From: the human T2T-CHM13v2.0 reference genome, Homo sapiens
Strand: one strand, 5' to 3'
Assembly: GCF_009914755.1 (NCBI RefSeq)
Contig: NC_060947.1
DNA: 64,000 nt
A program made the position numbers and the translations under genes. Of this stretch, positions 26,501 through 41,471 are shown piece by piece (position 1 is the stretch's first letter; each line of letters starts with the position of its first letter). The notes beneath the pieces are model-generated. The model had not been told where the DNA came from. It made no database searches and worked only from the letters and a program-made list of their open reading frames with translations.

Positions 26501-29500
26501 GATGTGTTTACTGTTTCTACAAGATATAACCCCTGCCCTCTTAGAGCTTATTTACTTGAGGAGGATAAGCTAGCGCATATTAATTCTGATTATACAAAAG
26601 AGATTTAGGAAGAAGGTGTGTGACTTCATGGAACTTTTTGCCTTAAACAGAATCACCATGCATCTATACTTAAGCTGACATAATGTAAAAAGAAAATCAT
26701 ATTAAAATTTTTGCTTTATTCTACATAATCTAATTTATGGCATGCTAAGGTTTAAGAACAAAGGTTCTGAACTCCAGATATGAGCCTCTGTTAGAGATTA
26801 GAGCACAATGTGTGGTTTTAGATGCAAGTTAATATCAACAAAAGGAAAGGGCTCAAAAAATTGTACACAGAGGCTCTCCTAAACAGGTCTGCAACAATAG
26901 ATTAATTTATGTGTTTACTTGTTTGCTGGCTTCCTAGTGCATTCTATACTGGCTATAAGGAATTCGAATTTGGGAGAAAACATGGGATCCTTCATATGCA
27001 AATCAAGTTTACACATCAACCATCAGAAAACACGATAGAGCTATTTTTATATTTGTGAGTAAGCTTTTTCCTTAGGATCAAGGACTTGGAGTTACAGAAT
27101 GCCTGTTCTTGTTTCAGAGCATACTCTGCAGCTACATTACAGAGAGAATTAACTGGAATCTAATCGCATACTTAAGTTCAGGAGCTCAGTGTGGTAACCA
27201 TCTGATCCAGTGAGTTATCGAATCTTGAGTTAAAAGAACAAAAACACAATAACAAAGTTTTAGGCTTGTCTGTCTCCTGATAATCCTAATTATTTCCCAC
27301 CACATTCTTTTGCTCTCTACACACTCACCTCCTCTGTCTGTGCTCCCTCTCCAAGAGGAAATAGAGGAAGAACCTTGGGACATCAGTTTCTAAACTCTCT
27401 TCTAAATTATGCTTTCAACAGGCACCAATCACAAGTTTGAACTCATGTTCCTTTGGGGCTGACTAGAAGTATAAACCTGAAGAAGGTACTAAGCTCCCTC
27501 ATTTTTCAGTTTCTCTATCTGTGAAAATGGTATAATTGAGGACACTTCTCTCTTAAGGGTATGGATCACCATGCAGATACTGAACAGGTACTTTGTATTT
27601 CTTTTACCAGAGCTCCTCTGTACAATTTGCAAAATACCTTGTGCTACTGGATTGAAATCACACTGGGAACATTGAGTTGTACTTGCCTTTCACCTGACAA
27701 ATTTCCCTTTGCACATGTCAGCATTATGCCTGGTTAAGCTTGCAGATTGAAGTGCTTATGAGGAGCAAAATAGTTCTAAGGCTTGCAGCTGAATAAATGA
27801 GAAAGAGAGGCATAACTTTTATGGATCAGTGAATCGCTGTTTTCAGAAATGCTGTATGGAATAGTCCAACCACTTTAAGGTCTGTTGTATGTTTCTACTC
27901 TAAATATATGGCAGCTTTCTACAAAGCTTAGCATTTGACCTGCCCAATTAAGCAACTGATTTTACACATCTCTCTTTTTTTCTGTTGTGTCACTTCTGCT
28001 AGATTTTCCAGGGCAGGGGCTATGTCTCATTTCTTCTTATCTTCTGTGATATCTAGCGTGATGATTTGATTTACAGCAAGGTATTGTTCATCTCATCACT
28101 CCATTCTTTTGTCCTAGCTTGATAGTTTAGCAAACTGGAGCAGCAGGAAATGGGCCAAAGAGTAAAAATAACATTCGTCTTATTTTAGTCACTTTCTTCC
28201 AGTCTTGAATGCCAGCAGAAATGAATGAACTCAATGTAAAGAGAATATCTGTGTTTCTATATGGGGTAGAGTAGAGTTAGAGAGAGAGATGGGGAACGGA
28301 CAGGAATAGGTTGTGGTTTCTTCTGCATACAGTTAAGAATATTGGTTTCTATACCATTGTAGAAAAAAACAAAGGGACGCTTGTTTCTGGTGATTTGTAC
28401 ACTGGTATTTGATGTAAAAAATTGACAGTCTTTAACAACATAAAGCTTACATTTAGATAGTCTGACCATATGAAGGAAAGAGAAATAGCTACACACATAG
28501 TATAGAATGTGTAGTAAGGAGGAAGTGTGATGTGAGGAAATGAACAAAGGCCTTTTGAATTAAAACTTAGGTTCTAGTTCTGATTGTGCCATTAACTTGT
28601 TATATAACTCAGGATGAGTCTTACTTACTTTCTTTGGGCCTCAGTTACCTTGCTTGTAAAACAGCAGAGCATTCATAGAGATTAATACAAAATTAGTGAA
28701 GGTTTAATCAAGATTAATAAAGTCTAATTTTTATTTAAAATGCTGAATCAGTTCTTCCAGAAAATGAGAAAATATTATAAGCCTCATTAATCATTATCTA
28801 CATCACCATTGAACTTATCAATGGATACGACATGCTACCCAAGGTGCTCATTAAATATGCGCTGACTGAGCTTGTTGAATTACTCCATACAGAGGCTGTT
28901 GAAAAGGCTCCAGTGTATGATATGAGGAATTCAAGCTGACTATAACCTCTCCCCTATTCTCCTTTCATGCTACTGTGATCCTTTACGTCTAGATCTGCAA
29001 TGGTACCCATGTTTTTACTTAAGAAAGGCTGCTAGGAAAATCCCTGCACACTCCCTGTGAATGTCCTGGATACTATCTTCTAGTTCTCTCTCATTAATGC
29101 ATTAGCTTAAATCCACTTATCACATCGCAATAGTTTTAAGCATAAAAGTAGAAACACTCGCTATAAGGGATATTTTGATGGGGAGTAGTCTGTGAGAGGA
29201 ACAAATCTGTGCCAACTAGAAAAGTCTGCTTAGGACTATGGGTCTTGGATTGGATATGGAGCCCAAGCAGTTAAACTTGTGGTGTGAGGATTCAGTCAGG
29301 CCTGAAGGATAATGCACTGGGAAGGAAGAACACAGGGATTCTTTGTATATTCCCCAATATTTATCAAGAATTGGGCCTATCTGTCTACTCAAACTTTCTA
29401 CTAAACTTAGACTGTAAGAGCACAAAGTAACCTCAGGGATAATCTAGTAGCTCCCTCATTCCGCAGATGAAATACCGAGGTCAAGAGATAGAAAGGACAT

Positions 29501-31565
29501 TCCCAAGGTCACACCACTAATTAGTGATAAGGCCAAGACTAAAAGGTAGGTGTCATATGTCTCTGATTAGTGCTATTTTCCATACACCCTGTTTCTCTCA
29601 GCTTAAATGACTTGTCTTGGGAGTTGAAAAAGCTTTCAAGTAAAGCAGAAGAGTTTTGAAGTATATGGCTATCCTGGAAAAAAAATAATGAAGTGACTCT
29701 CTAAAACAAAATCCATTCTTTGATATCTCACCTGACTCCTGTCCATAAAGTATAACAAATTAAATGATTAAAAATTAAACAGTGCCTAAGAATATTCACG
29801 ATTTCAATAAAATCTGCTTCTAGCCAGCCACATTTGTCTAGTGTTTATGATTAATCTGTGACCCTGCTCAGTCACTAAACTCTGTCCCTGCAGACTGTTA
29901 CTCTAGTTTGATCTCACATATCTGACACACTAAAGTGGTACTGTTCTGATTCTGTTTTCACAAACAACAAACTACCAGCAAGGAATATAACTTTGTCACT
30001 TTGTAACTTACTGCCTAGGTTTTCTTTCCTAGTCCCCATGATAAGCTGCTTTGGATTCTTCGGCCTCTAGACCTGCCTTTTGGTTACTCATCTTCTACTT
30101 GGTCTGTTTCTCCCACTTTGTTACCCTCTCTCAAGGACAAAAAATAATTTAAAAATAACTTTACTGTGTGTTTAATCCTGATCACTATTTTTTCCTCATC
30201 AGGTCTTTTTAAAAGGATTTATTAAGGAGTTTTAATGTGTCTAGTACTCTATTTACTAGGTGCTAGAGGAAAGAAGAAAAGGATATGTAGTATTTATTGA
30301 GCACTTGTTATGTGCCAAGCCCTGGCTTACTGGTTTTTACTTATGATATCTCATGTAATCTTAACAATGTTCCCCAGGAGTAGGCATTATTATTTTATTC
30401 ATTTTACATGAGGAAGAAACAGAAAGAGAGAGAGAGAGAGAGAAACAAAACAACTGGTTCAAGATTACTCAACTGAAGCTGGCATTAGAACGCAAGTCTC
30501 TTTCAAAGGATTCCTTCAAAAGTTATCATTCTAAATAAAAATCATCGTGTTAAAAGGATTAGCTTGAAGCAAATTTGCGTAGGTGGAAAATATTTCATTG
30601 GATGCCTTCCCTCTGTCTTTCCTGCCTTATCCTTCCCTTTGCAGAATCCTTTGCTAACCCTTATGATCTGGCATCTCAGGTAATCCTACTATGTTACCCA
30701 CCTAAGGCTGTCCCCCTCTATGTTCCTTTAATTCATTCTACCAAGTAAAATGTATTCTTTGTATTTCATTTCTTCCACTTTCTAAAGGAAAATCTAGCTT
30801 AGCTGATTGATTACAGTTAATAGGCTAATATGTAACCCCTTCTTGTAGTATTTTCACTTTATCAGTAGATTCCTGGACACATAGTTTCTTAAAGGATTGA
30901 ATCCATAATGGGACATTTCTGGCAAGGTGACAAGCTTGGGCAAGTGATCATTAGGTAAAGCAGAGCAGAGGAAGCTGGGGTATGGTTTTTAGTGTCCCTA
31001 AATCACCATACATAAGAAACTATCTACAAGCATTTTAAGGGTACATGTAAGGCAGCTTTGTGTAGAAATTAATTTGTCTCCTAGCATGAGCTGTGCTGAC
31101 AACCACTGGCCAGCTGGATCTCCCTCCATATGTATTTAATAATCAATGAAACAGTTATGGTCATGCCAACTATTTAGAAAAGATCACTAATTGAGAAAAA
31201 GACAACTTTTACCCTTCAACTGTATTGTGAGTTTAACAAGAGGCTGTGGGATTTTTCTAACATAGTTCACCATAGTTAAGGGCTCCTTGTGACCAGGGAG
31301 TGACACATGAACTTTTCCACCGACATTCCTACCTTCTCTCACTCTTTCCGAAAGCTGCCATGTCAAAAAGAGATGTCAGATGCTAAAGAGATTCTCACTC
31401 ACTCTACTTCGCTACCACTAATGACTAAGTGTAACTCTCTATACTCTCCTTTTCCTGTGGTAATTGATTTTTGGGATCTCAGCATCCACTTGCTGAAATT
31501 TCCCAGCCATCTCTGAGCATCTTCTCCATGCTGCACCTGACCATTGCTTTTCTATGTTTTTCAAG

Positions 31566-31662
31566 GCATGAATGAATTAATCGTGCCAGATTCTCCAACA
31601 CTTCCTCAGGAGACCCTATTGCTCTGATCAAGAAGTTCCATCAGCACCGAAGAAAACAGCAG
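31566..31662 (+). other. GPR174: GPR174 non-coding exon 2 (97 nt)
   Basis: Branch-like CTGAC plus polypyrimidine tract ttgcttttctatgttttttcaAG|G (acceptor ends 31565) and donor CAG|GTAGTC at 31662/31663. The 97-nt length matches recalled c.-653..c.-557. Confidence 0.7.
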
Positions 31663-32776
31663 GTAGTCAAATACAGTCTTGACTTCTATTTCGGCATCTT
31701 TCCTAAAAATAATACTGTTTTACCCTGTGGGCCCTGTATAGACAATTAGAGCGTTTGCTACCCACCTGTTGCACATTTGCTGGTCTACTTGATAGATTAC
31801 CAAGCAATAGCCTGGTTTTAGCAATCAAGATATACAATCTTACAGAACACGAAAAGCTGTAGTTTCTGGAGTATTTGATAAAATGTGGCATTCTTTTCAA
31901 TAGTGCTCTGCTGAGTCTTTTTTGCCTGAGACAAAGAAAAAAAATCAGTCATACTGATCCTGTCTTTATTTACTATCTTGACATTTTGTTTACTGTGAAT
32001 ATTTCCATTCATTTCAATTTCAAAAATACTGCATTGAAATACTATTTCTCTTCATTACTGAGTTGTTTTTCAACCCCTTAAATTTTGTGTCCAAGGAAAG
32101 TGCCTCACTCATCTAACACTAGTCCTGGTGCTGAATTTTATGGGCTGTTTGACCTACTTTTTAGCTTCAAAAGGGGATTTGGGAAACTAGGGTACACAGC
32201 CTTTATTCCCATTTTGAAAGCAAGTCTATGCACAGATTAAATAAATGCTTTCAATGTTAAACTTTTATGTAATATAATCTCATCCAGCACCCACCGGCCA
32301 CTCTACATGCATACAATATTGTAATATGTGTGTATGTTGAGAAAGGTGATGCTGTTTGTGGAAAAGAAAAATTACAGTAGCCGTAGGTGAATCACTTGAA
32401 TGCTTGGCAAATTTCTATTTATTGATTGGTAAGTATCAGGTTAGGGGCAGATTTGGAAGATGCAGATTCAGAGCAGCAAGTGTTTATTCTGTTTACTTTT
32501 TAGTTCTTTGTCTGGATGCCTGTTTTTAGAAGAAGTGTGTTGCCCAAGCACAAGCCTTGATATCTACTCATTGTAAAGGAACATGTCTAGTGCTTGAGCC
32601 TAGTTTGAAAAATCATGAACAAAATGACTGTACAGTTCACCTAAACATGGGGGAAAAAAACACCTCAACCATTGTAGCATTATGTTATACTTCGGACCAG
32701 GAGGTCAGAGTTCTACCAGCTAATAAAACTCCTGTAGCGCACATATCCCCTTCATGTGTAACCCAAGTATTTAATA

Positions 32777-32859
32777 TTAGTTTGATGCAAAAGTAATTGT
32801 GGTTTTTGCAGTTAATATAGGGAATGGCAAAAACCACAATTACTTTTGCACCAAACTAA
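32777..32859. mobile_element. MADE1 (Hsmar1-derived MITE)
   Basis: 37-bp TIRs TTAGTTTGATGCAAAAGTAATTGTGGTTTTTGCAGTT / AATGGCAAAAACCACAATTACTTTTGCACCAAACTAA, 9-nt spacer, TA TSDs at 32775-32776 and 32860-32861. Confidence 0.93.
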
Positions 32860-33148
32860 TATATGGGTTTATTGGGTATCTGGAAGCCAAATTAAAGCCA
32901 CCCCATTTGTTTTCTTTTCTTTTTTTTTTTGTTATACCTTTTAGGCCACCCCAGTCTTTCTTTCTAGTGAGACTTTCTCATAAAAGGGAAATGAACCTCT
33001 GTTCAAGACCACTTGAGCCCTTTCCCCTGACGTAATCAGGATGAGTACAGTTGAAAGCTCAATGAGACAGGGATAAAAAATTAGGCACCTGTCTGAACCA
33101 TATTTTTTGTAACATTCATATATTAGTGATTCATGTTAGGTAGGGTAG

Positions 33149-33481
<333 letters not shown>

Positions 33482-33519
33482 GACAGTGGCATATTTCTAT
33501 TGTCAAAAGTTAATGAGTA

Positions 33520-33800
33520 AAAAAAAAAAAAAACAGTTAAAAAGAATGAATAAGACCTACTATTTGATAGCACAGCAGGGTGACTATGGTCAATAACTTA
33601 ATTGTACATTATAAAGTAATGTAAAGACTGCAACTAGATTGTTTGTAACTTGAAGGATAAATGCTCAAGGGAATGGAAACTCCATTCTCCATGATGTGCT
33701 TATTTCATACTGCATGCCTGTATCAAAATATCTCATGTATCCCACAAATATGTATGCTTACTATGTACCCAGAAAAATTTTAAAAGATTAAACATAGAAA
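33520..33800 (+). mobile_element. L1MA 3'-end fragment
   Basis: agaatgaataagacctactatttgatagcac...; homologous to 53550-53790. Confidence 0.8.
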
Positions 33801-34204
33801 AAAGTAATAATCTATTGGCTAAAATGAAGTACTATACCTCTGTTGGAGGTATTAACAGATGAGATTGCTGGTTCATCTTTGCAATCCTGTTATGATACAA
33901 AATTCAAATTAACTGGGGGAAATTCAAGTGCATTTTCATTTATAAATAGACATGAAAATTCCTAATCAAGGTATGATGTCTAGTTAGAGAGAGAGAGTAA
34001 AAGAGAGAGACCCAACCATTACTACTACCAAACAAAAAACAAAACAAACCAAAACAGCAAAACATTTATTCATAGATGTATAAAGATATTCATGAAAATT
34101 TATTAAATTATTTTTTCCTGGATACATTAGATAGCATTCAGCCCTTGGCCACAACGTTTGTGTATGCACACAGTTATCTTCCACTGCATAAAATGCTAAG
34201 AATT

Positions 34205-34420
34205 AGTTTATTTTATATATTTATATAGTACTTACTATAGAGCTTTATAAATATTAACTCATTAAATATTCATAGAGGTAGGTACTATTATCATCTCACT
34301 TAACAGAGGAGGCAACTGAGGCACAGAAATGTTTAAATAACCTGCCCAAAGCCTCACAGCTAAGAAGTGGCAGAGACAAGATTTGAATCCAGTAAGACTG
34401 GCTCTAGAGTCCATGTTCTT
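34205..34420 (-). mobile_element. MIR
   Basis: ggtactattatcatctcacttaacagaggaggcaactgaggcacaga...atttgaatccag. Confidence 0.7.
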
Positions 34421-37400
34421 TTTGCCTACTATAAATCATGCCTTATTATTTATCAAAAATTTGGATATTATCTAATATTATATACCCGTACATATGAATA
34501 AATGCATATGGCATGGAGAACCAAGGCTATTTAAAACTCAGAAGTAAAGTGACAAATTATTAGAGCTAAAATTCCCTCTAAAAGTTATCTGGTTTAACAT
34601 GCTTATTTTAGAGAAGAAATGGGCACCCAGAGAAATTAAGTGACTCTCTCAGGATCACACAGGCATTCAATTGCAGAGGTAGAACAAGAATTCAAGACTT
34701 TTCACTCTCAGTCTATGACTAATTTAAGTAAAGAGCACAACTTATATTTTCAAATAAATGTCATCATTTTGAAAGTGACCTCACAAGGCTGTATGCTTAT
34801 CTTAATGATGCTGTATTTCACCAAATATTCTCATACTCTTTGAAATTGTCTTTGGAATGGGTTTGAGCTGATCAAGAAAAATGAGTCTTTAAACAATGTC
34901 ATCATATCATGCTTTTGAACAACAAAAGGCCTTTTTTTTCTACTTGATCTCTAACTTCACTGTTCAGACTGGCTATGAATGGCTTTTGATTGTTTCCCAA
35001 TAATTTATCTACCCTTAAAAATCAAAGATTTGTCACCCGTAAAATTATTCTAAAGAACATGATGCATGTTCTGAGTGTAATTCTAAAAGAGAATTCCAAA
35101 AATTGAAATACACATATAGACCTTCAAAGTGACAAGTTAGGACAGACAAACTCATTTGGATTCTTGCTTTTTAATAAATTTATTATTTAAATAAAATATC
35201 ACTGTGGGGAATCCCATGTCCTAAAAGTTTCAACTCACTTATGAAATATAGAAAGTACTAAGTGTGTGTGGTGTGTAGGATGTGTTTCTTGGGTAACTTT
35301 TCTCAGATTTAGAGGTTCCAAATGAAGATTACTACTCATTGTCTCAGGCTAAAGAGATTTCATGAAGATGTATACCTTGGTGTGGTATATGGAATGTGAT
35401 GATAGCATACCTACAGAGGTTTTCAGAGTTAAATAATTCAGGTAAATAGAGCAAGAAAATAGGCAAAACACAAGTTAAATCAGAATAATATTACGGAGAA
35501 GGTCAGACAAACTCAGTAGAAGTCTAAATAGAAGGCAGTGAAGAGAGAAGGGAAGAATTAAAGAATACTTCAGAGTTGAAACATTGAGCTATTGGTGGTA
35601 TCAGTGATGTTCCTAATGTTAGGAAGGGCAGGGCAATAGGAGTGTCTCAGTTTTAGATAAATTTCCATTTAAGATTGCTAGCTATTTGTTTTAACCTTCC
35701 TTGATCCCATCTGGAAAAGCTTGTCTAAATTACAGATAAATAGATAGTTAAGTAGGTAAGTAGACTAGAGGCCTATCACAGAACAAATGATGAAAGTACA
35801 TAACCACTTGATGGTCATTTTAAAATAAAAATAACCAGAAATTGCATATTTGTAATTAAACTGTTACTGATATAATTGCTGAAACAAACAATTGGCTTTC
35901 CAAACTGTCAGAGTTATGTTTCTAATCTCTTTGCACCTGACAAATACTTAGGTTGGTAGGTACACCGAAGGGGCATCTGAACTCAAGCTATTTGCCATGA
36001 CGTAGAGGTAAACATCATTACCCTAACACTTGTTTAAATTTTACAAAGAAAACAGGCAAAAAATACATTGAACTTGATTTAAATCAATCTCAAGAATTGG
36101 CTAGTTGCTTAGTTTTCACTCTAATGAAATAAAATCGTAAAAAAAATTGCAAATAACATTTATTAACAATTCTTTTATTTATGGTCATAAGTTATGGTTT
36201 AGAAATACTTTCTCTGTTTAGATTTTCACACCATACATTTAAGGGAAGGAAGTTAGAAATAAATAAATAGCAAGCCAATGCTTAACTTACATATAAAGTC
36301 ACCCTAGCCCAAATTAATTCCATAGGGCCACTGGTGTTCAGGAGTCTAGCCTTACTCTCTGAGTAAATAATGATGTAGGGGGTAAACAATTAGCCCATGG
36401 CACAAATAAAAGGGAACAAACCAGCAGGTAAATTTAATTTAAAAATATTACTTTTTCTCAACTGCAGTTTTGGAGGCCAGTGTCTGTTCAACATATTTTT
36501 GGGTACTTGCCAAGTCCTTTAGCTATGGTGGGCAGGGACTTGTCATTTCCTGCCATATGAAGGCAGCAGGCTATGATAGGGAAAATAAAAATAGCACTAC
36601 ATTGCCACAAAGAAGTGTGGTCTACTCCATTCTGGTGCGTGTGTGTGGAGAGGAGGTGATGCTTTTTCTTCAACTGACTTGCTTTCGTTTTTACTTTCTT
36701 TGATTGTAATCCAATGTGGCTGCATAAATGTATTTCCACAAGAGTTGAGATTTTTAAATGAGGCAATGACTGTGTTTTGAGTTGTGTACTCTGCCTTAGC
36801 TCATGGATTGCAGGTAAAGATGGTAATTTTCTAGTTGGATGATTTTTTTAAAGGTTAAATGGACATGAAGCTAGAGGGGTCATTGTTGCTGCAAAGGGGG
36901 TGGTTTATTTTGCTTGTTATTAAAGTTATTTCAGTTTGCTTCACAAACACTTAAGTGAACACATTGTGATTATTTGGGGGAAACCATGCAGGAAATCCTA
37001 ATCAGTTCAATGGGCAGTGTTCAAAGCACCTATTTTTATCCATTGGCAGGTGACCAGTAAGGAAGAGCAAATTTCCCGGCAGATAGGCTTGAGGGGAGAG
37101 GAGAGACAAGGGTGTAAAGAAAAAAAATCTGAATGCATTTATCAGTTTAAAAAAAAGGTTTTAAAAAAAGTGTCTTTGAAAGTTTCAAATGTAAATGTTT
37201 TTCAGTGGCCAATATCAAATAAGTAAAACAATAGCTAAAAATTACTAAATATGCCTTTAGATTTTATAACTTGAATGGCCTTTAAATGCTCTACTGCAAA
37301 GATGATACAGAAATGGACAATTTAAAATAATGATTCTGTAAACATACAAGGACAGATGTAGTATCTGTTTAGCAGGTGTTTCTTATAGATTTACTAATGG

Positions 37401-40400
37401 ACATTTAGTAAAAGTCTATTCTAATTGTTGCGAGGAATGCATAAATTAATAGGACAGTGTCCCTACTCTCAAAGAGATTAGAATCTAGTGGTTGTGTAGA
37501 CAACTATCTATACCATCAAAGAGATTGAACCATATCAGGCTATGGCACAGGTACATGCAACATGCTATGGGAATTTAAAGGAAGAAGGGCCAATTCCAAT
37601 GTAAATGATTCAAGGAAGATTTATGGGAAGAAATTAGATAATCAAAATTCTCCTATTAGGAATTTTCCCACCCATCAAGGTGAGAAAGAGTTGCTGGGAA
37701 GCTGGAAAATAAGGATGTTCAAGTTAAAGTCAGACAGAGACATCGAGGTACATGCTGTGTGCTAGAACAGTCTGGCATGGTGGAAGCCTAGGGCACTTGA
37801 AAGGGTGCAATAATAAATCAGGCTAGAAGGCAGAACAAGGCTTAGAATATTAGGTTTTTTAGGCCATTGCAGTGTGGACACTTGAAAGATTTTACACAAC
37901 TTAATAAGATAATTCAACCTTTATCTGATAAAGGCAACTGCAGAAATATGTCAGTCTAAAATAAGAAAGTCTTTCTATTTAACGTATTAAAAAGGAAATA
38001 GGGCGATTGTCAAAATTTTATAAAAAGAGAAAATATGAATTTGTTTTTGCCTTCTGAAATACTGCTGAGTGTTACTGATATTATGCTGAAAAGGTCCAGA
38101 AAGTTTACTTTTGCCAGCAGGATATTTACTAGTCTATTAATTTTAGGTAGGAGACAGCACTATGTCCTTTGAGTTAACCCAGAATGGAAGTCCATAGTCT
38201 TTCTGCAAGAACATCTGGAAAGATCGGGAAGAAGGGATTTTTCTCAGTTTCCTAGATGATTTGTAACTCAAACTGTAGACTACAAGAAAAGAAGGGATAA
38301 TATATTTCTGTTTTTAAGGCCAAAAAACAAAAGCAGACATTGACCTGCTAGTCCTCCTTCATTAGATCCCAATATCAAATTGTGTTACTTTTTATCCTAT
38401 GAAATAAGGAGTCACCAAAAATGAGCCAAATATTGCAAATAATGTAAATTACTGAAAATTTATTTAGTAACAAAATATTATGCAGTGAACACAAATATGT
38501 AACATTCCATTCAAATATTGTCCATGCATTAAGCTCTAGGGCCTCACATGATCTCAGGCAAGACTTGGGATGAAGTCCGCTGTCCTTTAGGGCACTTTAT
38601 ACATCTTGTACAGGAGAGCAAAATGTGTGGCTCTTTGTGAATCTAGTACCTAAAAGATTATTGTGGGAAGAACAGAGGGAGCCATATGAAATGGCCCTAT
38701 ATGAATGGTTTTCACCACTTTCTTCCAATCAATATATATGATGCCATCTGAGAAAAATGTGACAACAGTACTGATGAGGACCTACATTATTATTTGATGT
38801 TCGATATTTCATACTTGGGGCATCCTTATTATAGACTTAGAGTAGAGTGAGCTCCAAATGAATATGTCATTACCTGGGTACCTGGATCATGGGTACAATA
38901 GATGTGCCACAAGCCTTTAAGGTTAATCTAGGAATCTCTCCCCGCCCCCACCACACCCCTATGCCTTCCTTTGGAGATAGTTCCAAGGCACCACCTACTA
39001 CTCTAACATTTTACAATTATAGCTCTGTTCTCAAATGTAGTAGCTTACAAAAGAAAAAGACCATGTAGGAGATGCATTAGAAATTATGTGTCACTTTCTG
39101 CTTCCACCAAAACCAGGTGGCTTGTGCCAGACACAGAGTTGTCATCACTGGTGGAAGATTACTTAAAGAGTCCAGCCATCTTTATTTTTAATGACACTCC
39201 AGTGTCACTAACCGGAAGGATATTTCTGAGAGCCACAAGTTGCCAAAATGCTTGGTTTGTTTCTACTAATCAGGAGGGTTATGCTACTGGAAGGAGAAAT
39301 ATAGGCCCACAATACTGGTTCTTTGCATGTCGTTACTGCTCAATGACCATGGAGGCTTATTTTCTGAATTGAGGGATAAAATAAATTCTTCCAAAGTCTT
39401 GCCTAATTGATGATATCCACTGTAAAGGCATAGGAAAAATGGTAGAAAATTGAGAAATAAAGAACCAGAATCCTGTTTAGTAGGAGTAGCAGAGGCAACA
39501 TGCTACGAAGATCCAGAAAATTAATACAAGTCTAGCAAAAGATAAAACTGTGCCACTAGGGGAGGCTTATTTTTAATTATCTGGAATAATAGTGGTCAAT
39601 GTTTTGCACCTCCCACCCATACCTCCCTCAAAACTTAATCTAAGGACAGAGTCTAGTGTCTGTCATTTAAAATGCAAGAATGAGACACCTGTATTTTAAA
39701 TTAATTGTGTAGTTATTGAGACATAAAATGTTTCATGGGCATTTTTTTGTGTAATTACTGAAAGCTCCATGTGCGCTTTTTAGAGTAATTACTGAGAGGC
39801 CAACAATTCGTTTTTGTCACTTGTATTTTAATATTTAAATTTTTAAATTTTAAATCATTTTCATTAGGATTCTTTCTCAAAGTTTCTGAAAACCCTAATG
39901 TCTGCTTAGAGGCTTCCGTATTTTTGTTGTTGTTGCTATTTAAAATGAAATGCTATAGATTTTGGACAATGTATTGTGAAGAAAATGGCTCCCAAATATA
40001 AGTAAAGCACGGGTAAACGTGGAGGAATACAACGAAGCACTAAGACAAAAAAAAAAAAAAAGCTGATATAGTAACTGAGCTTAAAGGCCAAGGATGCAAA
40101 AGCTTTGGGATCTACTGGGATGTATTGTATATGCTCCAGAAATTCTCAGTTTGTGTGAAGTACTGACATTTCCAGGGAAAGCTTGCCAAGTTTAAGTTCC
40201 TGGGCCCCATCTTTAAAGGTGTGAGTCTGGCATTTGCAGCCTAAACTCTATAGGACAAAAGGCTTATCCTCAAGAAAAAAGGAAATTAGGCCCAAACCAA
40301 GTGGGAAAGAATATTTACCTTCCTTCTTCTTAAAATAAGGATTTTCGGTCCCTTAAAATCACACCATATAGAGTAGCCACCTATACCAACAATTCCGGCC

Positions 40401-41142
40401 AGAACCTGGAGTGAGGCCTTGATAACTGGTTTTATTTTCCATTCCATGCTTGGTCTTTCTACCAGACCCCATAAGGTTGGTTTACTCCTCCCTTTTCACA
40501 GGCTATTAATCGTGTGGAGTAGTGGATAGGGCACACTCTCTAGGAGAAAACTGCAAGAAGACTGCAAAAAAGTGAAAGGGGCCAGAAGGGTCTGATTATC
40601 TTGGACCTTAGTTTATTTTATGTAAGCTTGGAAGCCCATAACTTTCCTTTAAAAAATCCTATTTCTTGTCCAAATGTTCATGTTTTCTCTGAGACACAAG
40701 GTGAACATTCAGAAAAGCTGGAGGAAAATCCCCACAGCCCTGTCAGCACCGAGAACAGGAAACATACAGCTTTCCCACTGTAACATACTAACTTGTGATC
40801 TTCTCATCACTTCTACTAAGTGGAAATATTTGAAATTTAATGTGTAAAATGGAACTTTGTAAAATTGTGACTTGTCTCTTAAGAGTTGGAGTACACACAC
40901 CTAGAGTGCTAAAAACAGAAGACACTGATAGCCAGCCAGATATTTGGCTACATGTAATCCTAAACTGTCTGCTCAGTGTTTTATAGTATCCATCAAAAGT
41001 GATTTAATATTTTCACTAGTCTTTTAACCATGTATAGATAAACAAGGTGTGCAAACCACTATGAATCACAAGTTAAACAGTAGTTAACAAAATGGAGCTG
41101 TATAAAATTGTTTGCAAAAGACCATAGTATATATAAACTTAA

Positions 41143-41471
<329 letters not shown>

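Noticed and set aside
22986-28530. Isolated octamer (ATGCAAAT at 22986 and 26995) and PU.1-like GAGGAAGT (~28519) motifs in intron 1
   Set aside because: Scattered single motifs are not enough to call enhancers without chromatin data.
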